This document shows positions 62,035 through 64,000 of a DNA stretch of 64,000 bases, piece after piece. A program made the translations under genes and the position numbers. A model generated the notes under the pieces. The model searched no databases. It was not told the DNA's origin and saw only the letters and a program-made list of their open reading frames with translations. Source of the stretch: Candidatus Latescibacterota bacterium (GTDB lineage Bacteria; Latescibacterota; UBA2968; SICM01); assembly GCA_965217865.1 (NCBI GenBank), contig CBDCJO010000002.1, positions 2,912,001-2,976,000 of the forward strand, in the 5' to 3' direction. Position 1 is the first letter of the stretch. Each line of letters begins with the position of its first letter.

Positions 62035-62151
62035 TAATTGAAGATTGAAAGCCCGCAGAGTATTGACTCGAGCTCACTATCCGTTAACTGGAAGTTTGGG
62101 AAATGGGGAGTGGGAGATTGGAACCTGAAACCGTTTCTAAGAGGATGAACG

Positions 62152-63120
62152 ATGAAAGCGATCCGCATTCACGAACATGGGGGGCCTGATGCCCTCCGCT
62201 ACGAAGACGTCCCGGATCCAAAACCCCGAGATGGTGAGGCCTTGGTAAAATTAGAGGCCATCGGGCTGAACTATATCGATACCTACCATCGAACGGGCTT
62301 GTATCCGTTGGGGTTGCCTTTTATTCCGGGTCTTGAGGGGTCGGGGATCGTGGAGTCTGTCGGCAGCGGTGTGTCCGAGGTAGCTGTTGGGGACCGGGTG
62401 GCGTATGGTTCGGTGCCAAATTCGTATGCGGATTTCGTCGTGGCCCCCGGGGAAAAGCTTGTTCGACTCCCCTCGGATTTGGATACGAAAACCGGAGCCG
62501 CGGCAATGTTACAGGGAATGACGGCTCACTACCTTGCGCACGCCACCTATCCGTTAAAGAGAGGGGACACCGCCCTTGTACATGCTGCGGCGGGCGGGGT
62601 GGGGCTTCTTCTTGTTCAGATGGCAAAACGGTGCGGCGCACGGGTGTTCGGCACGGTCTCCACGGAAGACAAGGCCAAATTGGCGCGAGAGGCAGGGGCC
62701 AATGAGGTGATATTATATTCTGAACAAGACTTCCTTTCAGAAGTCAAACGGTTAACGGACGGACGGGGTGTGGACGTTGTTTACGACTCGGTGGCCAAAA
62801 CGACTTTTGAGAAGAGTCTAGACTCGTTGAGACCCCGAGGATATCTGGTGCTATTCGGACAGTCGAGCGGACCCGTTCCTCCCATCGATCTGATTATCCT
62901 GAGTCAAAAGGGCTCGTTGTTTATTACCCGTCCGTCCCTGGGGAGCTATACGTCCACACGTGAAGAGCTCCTACATCGTGCGGAAGACGTCCTGGGGTGG
63001 GTTTCATCAGGGGAACTGAAGCTGCGAATCGGTGAGACGCTTCCTCTTTCAGAGGCCGCGGAAGCACATCGTCGACTGGAAGGTCGAAAGACCACGGGGA
63101 AGGTGTTGTTGATACCCTGA
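62152..63120 (+). CDS. qor: NADPH:quinone oxidoreductase (zeta-crystallin family)
   Basis: [56 protein letters not shown]. Confidence 0.92.
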   Translation: MKAIRIHEHGGPDALRYEDVPDPKPRDGEALVKLEAIGLNYIDTYHRTGLYPLGLPFIPGLEGSGIVESVGSGVSEVAVGDRVAYGSVPNSYADFVVAPGEKLVRLPSDLDTKTGAAAMLQGMTAHYLAHATYPLKRGDTALVHAAAGGVGLLLVQMAKRCGARVFGTVSTEDKAKLAREAGANEVILYSEQDFLSEVKRLTDGRGVDVVYDSVAKTTFEKSLDSLRPRGYLVLFGQSSGPVPPIDLIILSQKGSLFITRPSLGSYTSTREELLHRAEDVLGWVSSGELKLRIGETLPLSEAAEAHRRLEGRKTTGKVLLIP

Positions 63121-63170
63121 GAAGGACTGTTGTTAGTGAGGGTGGGCTCCGACCCCCGAGGATCCGGAAG

Positions 63171-63986
63171 TTACTGGGTTTTCGAATCGTTTAATTCCCA
63201 GTCGTAGTCGAAATAACGAAACATTACATCAGGGTGGGCTTTCAGGAAGTCCCGGTCAACATCCGGAAGGTGAAGGGAGAGGTAGTCTGTGATGCGGGCT
63301 TCATCGACCCCTTTTGAACGGATGTACCAACCCGTAAAATCCTCTTCGAACCACTTAAAGATTTCAGAAAGGTGTATTTCCGCCGTATCCCGGTCGATGC
63401 GAACGTTTCGCTGTTCCCGTACGAAAAATCGAATCTCCTCCTCCAGCCGATCATCCAGGTCTTCGGGTCTAAAGGCCTTCCGGGGCAATCGAGGACATCC
63501 GATTGCCCCGCAGTTGATCGCGGCGTGGATTCGAGGGTCCTGAAACACCCTCCGGAGGATTTCGTGCTCGATATCGTTCAGGGTATAGAACTTTCCTCCC
63601 GCTTTAAAGTCGATCCTGCTGAAAAAGCCTGATAGAATCTTGATGTCTTTGACGCTTTTTACCGGATAGTGATCGACCACCCCTTTGAGGACGAATGCGT
63701 TGTAAGCGTTGATCCAGTATGCCATGCTGTCAGACTGCGTCGGAAACCGTACGGGATGGTTCTCGGGGCTAACCTGTCCGAGCAGCCGGACATAGGCTTG
63801 AAGATCCTGTGGATGTGCTTTTAACCCAGTGTAGTCCACGCGTCCGTTATCGTCGACATAGGAACCCAGCACGCGATCCATGGCTGAATGATCGAAAGGC
63901 TCAAGGGAACCTGAGGAGGTCCACGTCAGGACGGTGAGCGATAGAAAAATCGTGATTCGTCTCGGCATTGGATTCCACCAGCACAT
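63171..63986 (-). CDS. DUF547 domain protein
   Basis: Signal peptide, VDY..LK, AYWINAYNA, TLNDIEH.ILR, DPRIHAAINCGAIGCP, LSEIFKWF.EDF, YDWELN. Confidence 0.9.
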   Translation of the reverse strand: MCWWNPMPRRITIFLSLTVLTWTSSGSLEPFDHSAMDRVLGSYVDDNGRVDYTGLKAHPQDLQAYVRLLGQVSPENHPVRFPTQSDSMAYWINAYNAFVLKGVVDHYPVKSVKDIKILSGFFSRIDFKAGGKFYTLNDIEHEILRRVFQDPRIHAAINCGAIGCPRLPRKAFRPEDLDDRLEEEIRFFVREQRNVRIDRDTAEIHLSEIFKWFEEDFTGWYIRSKGVDEARITDYLSLHLPDVDRDFLKAHPDVMFRYFDYDWELNDSKTQ

Positions 63987-64000
63987 TGCAGATTGAGGAG

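Overview
Ordinary-looking bacterial chromosomal window from a moderately GC-rich organism. The C-terminal 'NxPNPFNP' sorting domains, cohesin/dockerin-like modules and short Bacteroidota-type SigA paralog suggest an FCB-group lineage such as Latescibacterota (inference only). It contains housekeeping genes (uvrC, thiL, degP-like protease, sigma-70, argH, glnA, and rpmH, which the ORF track missed), one apparently intact IS1595-family element, and a GNAT/OSBS-NSAR/M20 D-amino-acid operon. It also has a galU-like/glucuronokinase-like/LarA/IMPase cluster, orphan flagellar genes (fliL, flgM-like), two tandem giant secreted modular proteins (25.9-39.5 kb), a surface-polysaccharide cluster, several catabolic genes and an acyl-CoA synthetase-ACP-acyltransferase fusion. 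No CRISPR array, rRNA or tRNA was recognised. The most striking unexplained signals are: (1) degenerate 7-nt-period tandem repeats of several unrelated motifs, often as inverted arms, at 12 or more gene boundaries; (2) a stand-alone sigma-region-4 HTH gene flanked by two structured, terminator-ended RNAs carrying sequestered strong Shine-Dalgarno sites and micro-ORFs; (3) the giant repeat/cohesin/dockerin-like proteins; (4) a possible bacterial uronate-salvage pathway to UDP-sugar acids. Several broken reading frames probably reflect assembly or sequencing errors, so pseudogene calls are tentative.
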